A stretch of DNA of 64,000 bases from assembly GCA_017615545.1 (NCBI GenBank), contig JAFZZY010000065.1:4759-68758 (forward strand). Reading direction: 5' to 3'. Origin of the DNA: Lachnospiraceae bacterium (GTDB lineage Bacteria; Bacillota; Clostridia; Lachnospirales; Lachnospiraceae). Below the pieces are notes generated by a model that made no database searches, had not been told where the DNA came from, and saw only the letters and a list, made by a program, of their open reading frames with translations. The translations under genes were made by a program, and so were the position numbers. Shown one piece after another: positions 28,749 through 37,849 of the stretch; positions within the stretch are counted from its first letter, which is position 1, and each line of letters begins with the position of its first letter.

Positions 28749-29984
28749 ATGAGTAAGAGAGTCGTGATCACCGGTATGGGCGCCATCACGCCGATCGGTA
28801 AGGACGTGGATACGTTCTGGAACGAAGTGAAGAAGGGGACCATCGGTTTTGCGCCGATCTCCGCCTTTGAGAATCAAGACAGCCGCGTTACCATGGCGGC
28901 AGAAGTGAAGGGTTTTGACGCGAAGGAATACATGGATCCGAAGAAGGCCAGACGCATGGAGCGTTTCTGCCAGTTCGCCGTAGCCGCGGCGGGCCAGGCA
29001 CTTAACGATTCCAAACTGGATATGGAGAAAGAAGATCCTTACCGCGTAGGTTGCAGCATTTCTTCCGGCATCGGAAGCATGCAGTGCATGGAGCGCGAGC
29101 ATGCGCACCAGATGGAGAAGGGACAGGAGCGCGTTTCGCCGCTGATGGTGCCGCTTCTCATCTCCAACATGGCAGCGGGCAATGTTGCGATCTGCTATGG
29201 TTTGAAAGGTAAAAATATCAACGTTGTCACCGCTTGTGCGAGTGGTACGAACGCTATCGGCGAGGCTTTCCGCTCGATCGAGCATGGCGAGGCCGATGTC
29301 ATGCTGGCGGGCGGTACCGAGGCAGCTGTTTGTGCCTTCGGCATCTCCGGTTTTGCATCGATGACGGCACTTTCCCCCGCGACCGATCCGGCGCGTGCAT
29401 CCCTGCCGTTCGATAAGGACCGCAGCGGTTTCGTCATGGGTGAAGGCAGCGGTGTTCTGGTCCTGGAGGAACTCGAGCACGCAAAGGCCCGTGGCGCGAA
29501 GATCTACGCAGAGATCGTCGGCTATGGCTGTTCATGCGACGCATACCATATCACCTCCCCCGCAGAGACCGGCGAGGGCGCAGCACGCGCCATGGAAAAT
29601 GCGCTGGCGGACGCCGGGGTCGATAAGAATGCGATCACCTATATCAACGCGCACGGAACAGGCACACATTACAACGACCTGTTCGAGACCCGCGCCATCA
29701 AGCTGCTCTTCGGTGAGCATGCGAAAGAGATCCGCGTCAACTCGACGAAGTCCATGATCGGCCACCTGCTCGGCGCTGCCGGAGCGGTCGAGGCGATCAT
29801 TTGCGCGAAGACAGTGGAGGAAGGCTTCATTCACCGTACCGTCGGCTTCACCGAGGCGGAAGAAGAGATGGATCTGGATTATTGTAAAGAAAACCGTGAG
29901 GAAGCGGTGCCGTACGCTTTGTCGAATTCCCTGGGATTCGGCGGCCACAACGCATCCATCCTCCTGAAGAGATACGAGGCATAG
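28749..29984 (+). CDS. fabF: 3-oxoacyl-[ACP] synthase II
   Basis: Active-site TACASG, HGTGT and GHLLGAAG motifs. Confidence 0.93.
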   Translation: MSKRVVITGMGAITPIGKDVDTFWNEVKKGTIGFAPISAFENQDSRVTMAAEVKGFDAKEYMDPKKARRMERFCQFAVAAAGQALNDSKLDMEKEDPYRVGCSISSGIGSMQCMEREHAHQMEKGQERVSPLMVPLLISNMAAGNVAICYGLKGKNINVVTACASGTNAIGEAFRSIEHGEADVMLAGGTEAAVCAFGISGFASMTALSPATDPARASLPFDKDRSGFVMGEGSGVLVLEELEHAKARGAKIYAEIVGYGCSCDAYHITSPAETGEGAARAMENALADAGVDKNAITYINAHGTGTHYNDLFETRAIKLLFGEHAKEIRVNSTKSMIGHLLGAAGAVEAIICAKTVEEGFIHRTVGFTEAEEEMDLDYCKENREEAVPYALSNSLGFGGHNASILLKRYEA

Positions 29985-29993
29985 GAGGCAGCC

Positions 29994-30440
29994 ATGGAAG
30001 CGGAAGAGAAGAAGTCTTTGAACATCAACGAGATCATGCAGATCCTGCCGCACCGCCACCCGTTCCTTTTGCTGGATACGGTGACGGATCTGGTCCCCGG
30101 CGTTTCGGCCGTGGGTCATAAGGCAGTCACTTATACCGAGCCGTTTTTCGCGGGACATTTTCCGCAGGAGCCCGTTATGCCGGGTGTTTTGATCATCGAA
30201 GCACTGGCACAGGCAGGCGCCGTGGCGATCCTTTCATTGCCCGAGTTTGCAGGTAAGACTGCGTACTTCGGAGGCATCAAAAACGCGCGGTTCCGCCGCA
30301 AGGTCGTGCCGGGCGACGTGCTGGATCTTTCTGTGCAGATCGAAGCGGTGAAAGGTCCGGTCGGCACGGGTAAGGCTGTGGCGACCGTAGGCGGACAGAC
30401 CGCCGTGACCGCGGAACTTACGTTTGCGATCGGAATGTAA
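29994..30440 (+). CDS. fabZ: 3-hydroxyacyl-[ACP] dehydratase
   Basis: LPHRHPFLLLD and FFAGHFPQEPVMPGVL hotdog-fold motifs. Confidence 0.93.
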   Translation: MEAEEKKSLNINEIMQILPHRHPFLLLDTVTDLVPGVSAVGHKAVTYTEPFFAGHFPQEPVMPGVLIIEALAQAGAVAILSLPEFAGKTAYFGGIKNARFRRKVVPGDVLDLSVQIEAVKGPVGTGKAVATVGGQTAVTAELTFAIGM

Positions 30441-30466
30441 AGGAGCCGGTGTTCGGAGGTTTTATC

Positions 30467-32293
30467 ATGGGATTGAGAGGTTTTTTGAAAAATCGTACAG
30501 CAGGCATGCACGCCGAGCGTTTGACAGGCGGCATGACTTCGGTGGACGATCTGGTCGTTCCCGAGATCCTGCCGGAGAAAGAAGCGCACGTCGAGGCACA
30601 AAAAGACGCTGAGACAGTCGCGCAGTCCGCAGGTACGGCCAATGCCGCGCCGACGGAAGAGCAGACGGTCGTCTGCCCGAAATGTAAAAAAGTGTTAAAT
30701 CGCGATCAAGTCATCGCGAATAAATATGTGTGTTACGAATGCGGGAATTATTTCCGCGTGCGTACCAAAAACCGCATCGCGATGATCGCGGACCATCACC
30801 GTATGGAGTATTGGTTTACGGACCTGCCGGTGAGCAATCCGCTCGAGGATGCGGAGTATGAAGAGAAACTGAAGAGTGCCCGCGAGAAGACCGGTTTGGA
30901 TGAAGCCGTGACCGTGGGACTCGTACATATCTTCGGAGAGCCGGCCGTGGTCGGCATCTGTGACGCGCGTTTCATGATGGCGAGCATGGGCCACATCGTG
31001 GGCGAGAAGATCACCCGCGCGGTCGAAGAGGCGACCCGTCGCCGCCTGCCCGTCTTTTTGTTCTGCTGTTCCGGCGGCGCCCGTATGCAGGAAGGCATCA
31101 TTTCCCTCATGCAGATGGAGAAAACGTCGGCAGCCCTGAAAAGGCATTCCGACGCGGGACTTTTGTATTGCAGTATCCTGACCGATCCGACGACCGGTGG
31201 CGTGACTGCAAGCTACGCCACCCTGGGCGATGTCATCCTGGCCGAGCCCGGAGCGCTGATCGGTTTCGCAGGCCCGCGTGTCATCAAGCAGACCATCGGA
31301 AGAGAACTTCCAAAGGGTTTCCAAACCGCGGAGTTCCTGTTGGAACATGGTATGATCGACGGTATCATTGACCGTCGTCGTTTAAAGAAAATGTTGTATT
31401 TCCTGATCGTGACCCATAAGGGGACCAGGGATTATACGCACACGCCGGCAGATAAAGAGGCCGTTCTGCAGATGAGCGAGCTTGTGAAAGAGCACGCGAG
31501 TAAAGAGCAGCCGACCGATGCGTGGACGAAGGTCCGCAAGACGCGCGACATCAACCGCCCGTCGGCATCGGACTACATTCACCGCATCTTCGACCTGTTC
31601 GTGGAAGCGCATGGCGACCGCGTATTCGGCGATGACCACGCACTGATCGGCGGCATCGGTATTCTCGATGGCCAGCCCGTGACCGTGATCGCGGACGAAA
31701 AAGGCTCGGACATCAAAGAGTGTAAAGAGCGCAACTTCGGAATGCCCATGGCGGAAGGATACCGCAAGGCGATCCGCCTGATGAAGCAGGCCGAAAAGTT
31801 CAACCGTCCCATCATTAGCTTTATCAACACGCCCGGCGCATTTTGCGGTCTGGAGGCGGAAGAGCGCGGCATCGGCAGCGCTATCGCCCAGAACCTGTAC
31901 GAGATGTCGAATCTGAAGGTTCCCGTTTTGTGTATCTTCATCGGCGAGGGTGGCAGCGGCGGCGCCTTAGGCACGGCCGTGGGCAATGAAGTGTGGATGC
32001 TGGAAAATGCGACCTATTCCATCCTGTCACCCGAAGGCTATGCCTCGATCCTGTGGAAGGATTCGTCCCGTTGTCAGGAGGCGGCTGAAGCCATGAAGAT
32101 CACGGCAGAGGATCTGAAACGACTCGGCGTGATCGAGCAGGTATTGCCCGAGTTCGGCGGAGCCGACCGGGACACCGTAGATGCCATCGCAGCGAACATG
32201 CGCGAGAAGATCATCGGCTTCGTGGAAGCCTATAAAAACATAGCCCCTGAGGAGATCGCAGAACAGCGCTATCAGCGTTTCAGGGCATTTTAA
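30467..32293 (+). CDS. accD/accA: Acetyl-CoA carboxylase carboxyltransferase, fused beta (AccD) and alpha (AccA) subunits
   Basis: AccD Zn-ribbon CPKC...CYEC and GGARMQEG lie in the first half. The AccA-type blocks FINTPGAF and GEGGSGGALG lie in the second half of a single 600+ aa ORF. ATG at 30467 lies 7 nt after GGAGG. Confidence 0.88.
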   Translation: MGLRGFLKNRTAGMHAERLTGGMTSVDDLVVPEILPEKEAHVEAQKDAETVAQSAGTANAAPTEEQTVVCPKCKKVLNRDQVIANKYVCYECGNYFRVRTKNRIAMIADHHRMEYWFTDLPVSNPLEDAEYEEKLKSAREKTGLDEAVTVGLVHIFGEPAVVGICDARFMMASMGHIVGEKITRAVEEATRRRLPVFLFCCSGGARMQEGIISLMQMEKTSAALKRHSDAGLLYCSILTDPTTGGVTASYATLGDVILAEPGALIGFAGPRVIKQTIGRELPKGFQTAEFLLEHGMIDGIIDRRRLKKMLYFLIVTHKGTRDYTHTPADKEAVLQMSELVKEHASKEQPTDAWTKVRKTRDINRPSASDYIHRIFDLFVEAHGDRVFGDDHALIGGIGILDGQPVTVIADEKGSDIKECKERNFGMPMAEGYRKAIRLMKQAEKFNRPIISFINTPGAFCGLEAEERGIGSAIAQNLYEMSNLKVPVLCIFIGEGGSGGALGTAVGNEVWMLENATYSILSPEGYASILWKDSSRCQEAAEAMKITAEDLKRLGVIEQVLPEFGGADRDTVDAIAANMREKIIGFVEAYKNIAPEEIAEQRYQRFRAF

Positions 32294-32304
32294 GGAGTTT
32301 AGTC

Positions 32305-33279
32305 ATGAATGGTATAAAAATCAAAGGAACCGGACGCTGCATTCCCGAGCGCGTCATCAAAAACGAAGAGTTCACGAAGTGGATCGACACTTCGGATGAG
32401 TGGATCACGGAACGCACCGGTATCAAAGAACGCCACGTAGTCACGACGGAAACTGCCTGCGATCTGGCCAGCGGCGCCTGCTTAAACGCCCTGGAAAATG
32501 CGGGCAAAACAGCAGAAGATGTCGATCTTCTGATCATCGGCACCATTTCCATGGATCATGTGACGCCTTCGCTTGCATGCGAAGTGCAGAAGCGGATCGG
32601 CGCGAAGAACGCAGTATCCTTCGATATCAACGGCGCCTGCGCGGGCTTCCTGTTCGCACTCGACACCGCGGCATCTTACATCAACACAGGTTGCTACAAG
32701 AGCGCACTGGTGGTTGGCATCGAAGTCCTTTCGAAGATCGTAGACTGGACGGATCGTACGACCTGCGTACTCTTCGGTGACGGCGCCGGCGCAGTCTACG
32801 TCGAGGCCGACGAGACCCGCCCCTTTTACATGGTGCAGGGTACCAAGCCCGACAACTGGGAGGTGCTCAACTGTAAGGCGCGCGAGATCGAGAGCCCGTT
32901 CGCGATCCGCGAGAGCTACCCGAAACTTTCCGACCATGTGTTCATGAACGGCCGCGAGGTCTACCAGTTCGCAGTTACGACGGTCCCGAAGGCCATCCAG
33001 AACGTTTTGGACCAGGCACATCTTGCGCCGAGTGACATTTCGTGCTATATTTTACATCAGGCAAATGTACGCATAATCCAGTCGGTCGCCAAGCGTCTCG
33101 GCGAGCCGATGGAGAAGTTCCCGGTCAATATGATGCGGTACGGAAACATGTCCTCCGCCAGCATGCCGGTGCTTCTGGACGAGATCCATCGTGAAGGCCG
33201 CTTAGAGGAAGGCAAGTATATCCTGCTTTCCGGTTTCGGCGCAGGTCTGGTCTACGGTGCGACGATCCTGAAATGGTAA
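32305..33279 (+). CDS. fabH: 3-oxoacyl-[ACP] synthase III
   Basis: NGACAGFLFAL (active Cys), HQANVRI and GNMSSASMP motifs. Confidence 0.93.
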   Translation: MNGIKIKGTGRCIPERVIKNEEFTKWIDTSDEWITERTGIKERHVVTTETACDLASGACLNALENAGKTAEDVDLLIIGTISMDHVTPSLACEVQKRIGAKNAVSFDINGACAGFLFALDTAASYINTGCYKSALVVGIEVLSKIVDWTDRTTCVLFGDGAGAVYVEADETRPFYMVQGTKPDNWEVLNCKAREIESPFAIRESYPKLSDHVFMNGREVYQFAVTTVPKAIQNVLDQAHLAPSDISCYILHQANVRIIQSVAKRLGEPMEKFPVNMMRYGNMSSASMPVLLDEIHREGRLEEGKYILLSGFGAGLVYGATILKW

Positions 33280-33298
33280 CAAAGGGGATTTTTAAGGG

Positions 33299-33766
33299 AT
33301 GAAGGATCGAGAAATCAACATGGCGCTGAACTCCGTGCTGGTCAGTCTGTTTAACGACATCATGCACATCGAAGAGAAGGCCATTATCACAAAAGAGTAC
33401 GAAGATATCAGCAACAACGATATGCACATCATCGAGGCCATCGGCATAGGAAAACCGCAGATGGTCAGCGAGGTCGCGCGGAAAATGTCTGTCACCCAGG
33501 GCACGGTCAATGTAGCGATGAACGCGTTGGAACGCAAGGGCTACATCAACCACAACCGCAGTGAAGAGGACCGCCGCGTGGTACTGGTCTCCCTGACCGA
33601 ACGGGGCGTCAAGGCCTACCACCACCACCGCGATTTCCACAAAAAGATGATGCGTGCCATCGTACGCGACCTGAATGACGAGGAGAAGCATGCTCTGCAT
33701 CACTGCCTCGTGCACCTGGAAGAATTCTTCCGCGGCATCGAGGAAGAGAAGAAGAGGCAGGCATAA
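33299..33766 (+). CDS. MarR-family regulator at the end of the fab operon (FabT-like by position)
   Basis: Winged-helix pattern ISNNDMHIIEAIG...MVSEVARKMSVTQGTVNVAMNALERKGYINHNRSEEDRRVVLVSLTERG. The functional link to fab rests on context only. Confidence 0.7.
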   Translation: MKDREINMALNSVLVSLFNDIMHIEEKAIITKEYEDISNNDMHIIEAIGIGKPQMVSEVARKMSVTQGTVNVAMNALERKGYINHNRSEEDRRVVLVSLTERGVKAYHHHRDFHKKMMRAIVRDLNDEEKHALHHCLVHLEEFFRGIEEEKKRQA

Positions 33767-33770
33767 GGCG

Positions 33771-34754
33771 CTAGATCAGAGAATAATTCTTATGATCGAA
33801 ATAGTAGCAGTGCGTCCCGAGGACCTCTTCGGCCGAGACTTCGGTCTTGTTGATCTCGTGGATCATCTCATTGATCTCGGAGCCGCTGATCCCGATGCTG
33901 GACGGCAGGATCAGCATCTCGTGGATGCTGGAAGGAATCAGGTAGTAGCTGCCCTGCAGCGCGTCGCCGATCCGGTTCAGCAGTTCCGGATAGAGGACGG
34001 CGGTCGCTCCGAAATACTTGTTTTTATTGGTCAATATCAGCGACTGGTGTGGCATCGGATGCTCCGGAGCCTCCCACGGGTCGCCCGAAAGATCACATAT
34101 CTTATCCATCAGATCCCGATTGTGCGCATCCCGCGCGCCGTCGGGATCTTTTCCGCAGTAGCTCTGGAGGATGGACTGCAGGGCGCACAGTTCGGCCGGA
34201 AAGATGCGCATCGTGTTCGCGAGCGCGATGGGATAGAGCTGGCACGGCGTGAGGTTCCAGTGCGCGAACTGGTCCTCCTTCAGCAGGATGCTTCCAAAGG
34301 TTTTATTCGGCATCTCCAGATGGATGAAAAACAAAACGCACAGATCGTGGAAGGCGACGTAGGGTGTGTTTTGGATGAGAGTTTCATTTTCCGTGTGGGA
34401 CACGAGCTTGATGCAGATGCGGTCCTTCACGGTCTCAAAATCGCGGTAATCCTCGGTCAGGTCCGGCTGGGCCAGGTGCTCCAGACTATCGACGATGCGT
34501 GCGGCGATCGCATCGAGGCGGTCGTCATCCGTGACCGGATCGCCGGCGTAGATCTCACGTTCCTCCAGAAAGGCGGAATAGTAGTCCTCGAGATAGATGG
34601 CCGGCGCGACCGGATCATCCTGGGTATCGATGATGAGCGACGTATAGGTGCAGCCGTTGTTTTTGAGGATCTTCTTCAGACGCGCGTTCTGCGTGGGCCT
34701 CAGTAAGGGAAGGACATGCTGTCGCACGTTCTCGGTAAATGTTTCGTAATCCAT
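33771..34754 (-). CDS. Hypothetical protein (resembles the clostridial DUF5688 family, from memory)
   Basis: 327 aa with normal composition. It begins MDYETFTENVRQHV...LKKILKNNGCTYTSLIID...PAIYLEDYY. The opposing + strand ORF 33675-34706 is Arg/Asp/Gly-rich and looks like a shadow. Confidence 0.6.
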   Translation of the reverse strand: MDYETFTENVRQHVLPLLRPTQNARLKKILKNNGCTYTSLIIDTQDDPVAPAIYLEDYYSAFLEEREIYAGDPVTDDDRLDAIAARIVDSLEHLAQPDLTEDYRDFETVKDRICIKLVSHTENETLIQNTPYVAFHDLCVLFFIHLEMPNKTFGSILLKEDQFAHWNLTPCQLYPIALANTMRIFPAELCALQSILQSYCGKDPDGARDAHNRDLMDKICDLSGDPWEAPEHPMPHQSLILTNKNKYFGATAVLYPELLNRIGDALQGSYYLIPSSIHEMLILPSSIGISGSEINEMIHEINKTEVSAEEVLGTHCYYFDHKNYSLI

Positions 34755-35001
34755 AGAACTCCTTGTTTAACGTCACGCGGACGATATATTTCAAGCGGGA
34801 GATGGCGCCCGTTTGTTTGCGATTCGACAATAAGTGAAAAAAATGCGGGTACGACAAAAGAGCGGTAGGAACCGCTTCAGAAAAAAAGATCGATTTTAAT
34901 CGTGTTGGAATAGTGTAAGAATATACAGAAATGTAGGTGTCCGAAGGAGTTTTCACGTGACAGACCGGCGCTTCCGATCTGCCACAGCGAAGACTGTCGT
35001 G

Positions 35002-35073
35002 TGCATCTGAGTGGAATCGAACCACCGCACATGGCTCCGGAGGCCATTGCTCTATCCACTGAGCTACAGATGC
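35002..35073 (-). tRNA. tRNA-Arg (anticodon CCG)
   Basis: The reverse complement folds as a cloverleaf: GCATCTG TA GCTC AGTGGATA GAGC A ATGGC CTCCGGA GCCAT GTGC GGTGG TTCGATT CCACT CAGATGC A. It has a 7-bp acceptor stem, a T-loop TTCGATT, and an anticodon loop with U33 and CCG. No CCA is encoded. Confidence 0.92.
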
Positions 35074-35089
35074 ATTTCGAACAAGCATC

Positions 35090-35118
35090 ATTCTACTATA
35101 ACAACCCCGAAATGTCAA
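35090..35118 (-). promoter_or_regulatory. Sigma-A promoter for tRNA-Arg
   Basis: On the minus strand: TTGACA, 17 nt, TAGAAT, ending about 17 nt upstream of the tRNA 5' end. Confidence 0.7.
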
Positions 35119-35151
35119 GCGGGAAATGGTTTGACTTTTCGCATTTGCGTG

Positions 35152-35180
35152 TTGAAATTCAGACCCGGTTCTGATATAAT
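35152..35180 (+). promoter_or_regulatory. Sigma-A promoter of the MoxR-type operon
   Basis: TTGAAA (35152-35157), 17 nt, TGaTATAAT (35172-35180). Confidence 0.65.
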
Positions 35181-35312
35181 ATACTCTGTATATGTATTTT
35201 TCGAGGTGATCCGTAAAGCGCTTGCGGACCCGTCGATCTTTGATGAAAGTGACGTCAACAACAGCTCAAAACGGAGGGGTTTAGGGCTGATCGGTGACGA
35301 TGGTATATATCT

Positions 35313-36887
35313 GTGAAAAAAAGAAATAAAAAGAAGTTTCGCTCGGCGCCTTTGACGCCTGAGCAGTTGAAAAATATAGGGATCAATGAAGAAAAGATAC
35401 TGCAGCTTCCGCTCGAGGATGAACTCGAGGAGGAGTCCGTGGAGGAACCTTCCGAGGATGATGGCTCTGCAGAGGAGCAGATCTTCGGTATTTCGGGTCC
35501 GGATGAGGAAGCGGCTGCGGCATATGCGGCGTATGTGAAGAAGAAGGCGCAGAGATCTGCGGCTTCTGTTTCGGCGTCCGATAAAATCGAAGAAAAACCT
35601 GCCGAAAAATCCGTTGAGAATAAGCTTTCGGTGGATGCACTGCCGAAGTTTGAAGAACCTGTTAAGGAAGAGACACCGGATAAGTCAAAGAAGTCTTCCG
35701 AGGACGGCGAGTCTGTGAAGGTCGATAAACTCGTAAAGGTCGAAGAGACCGTTGTGAAGGACGCGATCGAGAAGACGGAAGAGCAGATAAAGACAGAGGA
35801 ACCTGCGAAGGAAGAAGAGCCTGCGAAGGAAGAAGCTTCTGCGCCGACCATCGAACCTCCGGAACCTGAGGAAGCGGAGAAGCCCGACGAACCCGAAAAA
35901 GACAAGGAAGCGGAGAAGCCTGACGATTCCGAGAAAGACAAAGAAACGGAGAAGCCTGACGACTCCGAGAAAGACAAGGAAACGGAGAAACCCGAGGAAC
36001 CCGAGAAGCCGGAAGAACCGGAAAAGGACGAAAAGCCCGAAGAACCGGAGGAACCCGCGGAGACCGCGAAGGAAGAAGAAGCCTCCGAGAAGTTCATTTC
36101 CCAGGAGGAAGAAGATAAAGAGAGCAATCGTCTCGCATGGATCATGATCGGTGGTGCAGCCGGTGTAGTATTATTGGCAGTTCTTGCGTATATATTTATA
36201 TGGGGAGGTCATAAACCGGATCCGACGGAGACTACGGCAGACACATCGCTTGTTGCCGAAAGCACGGGCGCGACCACGACGGAAGCGGGTGTTCCGAGCA
36301 CGGCGGAAAGCCAGAGCGGTCCCGGCGAGAGTTCGACAGAGCTCATTGAAGACACCGAGCAGTACTCTTTGGAATACAAGATCAATGACGCAGATGAAAG
36401 CGTTTTGGCGTTGATGACGAAGTATTATAATGCGACGGCCGACTGCGACATTGACACGATCCGTAATTGCTACTATGATCCGGAAGCAATCGCGATCGAT
36501 GAAAATGTGCTCAAACGCAAAGCGCAGATCATCGACGGATACCGCGGTATCAAATGTTACGAAGCGGACGGCCTGGCTGCCGACGAACTCGTACTGTATG
36601 TGCTTTATGAGATCCAGTTCAAAGAAGTGCAGACCCCTGCGCCGACATTGATCCGTTTCTACCTGAAGAAGGTGGGCGATGAATGGAGGATCTACAACGG
36701 CCCGATGAGCGAAGAGCTTTCGGAGCATTTGAATATGATGACAAATAACCGAGACGTTATCTCGCTGATGGTTCAGGTCAATCGTGCTTTTTCACAGGCA
36801 TGTGACCGCGACGACGAACTCGGTCGCCTGATCCGGTTGCTCGGCGAAGAGCCCGAGACAACTATCCAGGCAGGAAAGGATGAATGA
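35313..36887 (+). CDS. Single-pass membrane protein with a long acidic Glu/Lys/Pro repeat region
   Basis: 524 aa. The first ~270 aa are extremely acidic low complexity, followed by a TM helix (WIMIGGAAGVVLLAVLAYIFIW) and a ~230-aa C-terminal globular region. Putative GTG start; no in-frame ATG occurs for ~270 codons. Confidence 0.6.
   Translation: MKKRNKKKFRSAPLTPEQLKNIGINEEKILQLPLEDELEEESVEEPSEDDGSAEEQIFGISGPDEEAAAAYAAYVKKKAQRSAASVSASDKIEEKPAEKSVENKLSVDALPKFEEPVKEETPDKSKKSSEDGESVKVDKLVKVEETVVKDAIEKTEEQIKTEEPAKEEEPAKEEASAPTIEPPEPEEAEKPDEPEKDKEAEKPDDSEKDKETEKPDDSEKDKETEKPEEPEKPEEPEKDEKPEEPEEPAETAKEEEASEKFISQEEEDKESNRLAWIMIGGAAGVVLLAVLAYIFIWGGHKPDPTETTADTSLVAESTGATTTEAGVPSTAESQSGPGESSTELIEDTEQYSLEYKINDADESVLALMTKYYNATADCDIDTIRNCYYDPEAIAIDENVLKRKAQIIDGYRGIKCYEADGLAADELVLYVLYEIQFKEVQTPAPTLIRFYLKKVGDEWRIYNGPMSEELSEHLNMMTNNRDVISLMVQVNRAFSQACDRDDELGRLIRLLGEEPETTIQAGKDE
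35871..36056 (+). repeat. In-frame 36-bp tandem repeats (E-[AT]-EKPD[ED][PS]EKDK units)
   Basis: Units start at 35871, 35907, 35943 and 35979, then degenerate into EKPEEPE repeats. Confidence 0.85.
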
Positions 36888-36888
36888 A

Positions 36889-37839
36889 ATGACAGATGAA
36901 GAATTGTTGATCAGCGTTCAGGAGGAGATCAAACGCAGCATTATCGGAAAGGACGAAGTGGTCCGCAAGGTGCTTTGCGCCATGCTGGCCCGCGGTCACG
37001 TTTTGATCGAAGATATCCCGGGACTCGGAAAGACGACCATGGCGATGGCCATCGCCGGCGTTTGCCAGTTGGCGACGCGCCGTCTTCAGTTTACGCCGGA
37101 TGTATTGCCCTCGGACGTTGTCGGCTTTAACTTATATGATAAGGAGGCCGGAAACTTCCGTTTTGTTCCCGGCGTCATCTTTACCAACCTGTTTTTGGCG
37201 GACGAGATCAACCGTACCTCACCGAAGTCGCAGTCTGCGCTCCTCGAAGTCATGGAGGAGGGCAATGTGACCGTCGACGGTAATACATACGAACTCGAGA
37301 AACCGTTCATCGTGCTCGCAACACAGAACCCTGCCGGTTCCGCCGGAACGCAGCTTCTGCCGGAGTCCCAGCTCGACCGCTTCATGATCCAACTTTCCAT
37401 GGGCTATCCGAAGGACGAGGACGAGATCACGATCCTTCGTTCGAAACATGTTCCCAGTGGCAGCAGTGTCCAGCTGAAGGCGCTGATGACGAAGGAACAG
37501 GTATTGGCCATGCAGGAAAAGGTCGATCAGGTGTTTGTGCATGATGTGATCTATCAATACATCGTGGCGCTGGTGGCAGCGACCCGCGAAAACCCTTATC
37601 TGGAACTCGGCGCCAGCCCTCGTGCAGGCATTGCCCTGATGCGCATGGCATGCGCGAATGCGTTCATGTCCGGCCGCGAGTATGTGATCCCGCGGGACAT
37701 CACTGACATTTTTGCCGATGTCGTACGTCATCGTATCTTATTGAATTCCAGAGCCAGGATCGAGAAGAGAACAAAAGACCAGATCATCGAAGCGATCCTC
37801 GCCTCTGTAGAAAAACCGGAAAGCGGTAAGGCGCGTTAG
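36889..37839 (+). CDS. MoxR-family AAA+ ATPase
   Basis: IIGKDEVVRKVLCAMLARGHVLIEDIPGLGKT (Walker A), LFLADEINR (Walker B) and VLATQNP motifs. The start is ATG 36889, or 36880 overlapping the upstream stop. Confidence 0.9.
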   Translation: MTDEELLISVQEEIKRSIIGKDEVVRKVLCAMLARGHVLIEDIPGLGKTTMAMAIAGVCQLATRRLQFTPDVLPSDVVGFNLYDKEAGNFRFVPGVIFTNLFLADEINRTSPKSQSALLEVMEEGNVTVDGNTYELEKPFIVLATQNPAGSAGTQLLPESQLDRFMIQLSMGYPKDEDEITILRSKHVPSGSSVQLKALMTKEQVLAMQEKVDQVFVHDVIYQYIVALVAATRENPYLELGASPRAGIALMRMACANAFMSGREYVIPRDITDIFADVVRHRILLNSRARIEKRTKDQIIEAILASVEKPESGKAR

Positions 37840-37849
37840 GGAAGAGGAA

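Noticed and set aside
33675-34706. 343-aa plus-strand ORF opposite the 33771-34754 gene.
   Set aside because: It starts inside the MarR gene and is rich in Arg/Asp/Gly runs (for example DRIILGIDDERRIGAAVV). The minus-strand frame has ordinary protein-like composition and its own RBS.
33771-35312. A tRNA-Arg next to a gene of unknown function suggested an integration hotspot or genomic-island edge.
   Set aside because: I could find no integrase, recombinase or direct repeat of the tRNA 3' end. The flanking genes are housekeeping with similar composition.
35255-36145. 296-aa Ser-rich minus-strand ORF.
   Set aside because: It is the mirror image of the GAA/GAG/AAG-rich acidic repeat gene (TTC/CTC/CTT codons). 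It has no start context.
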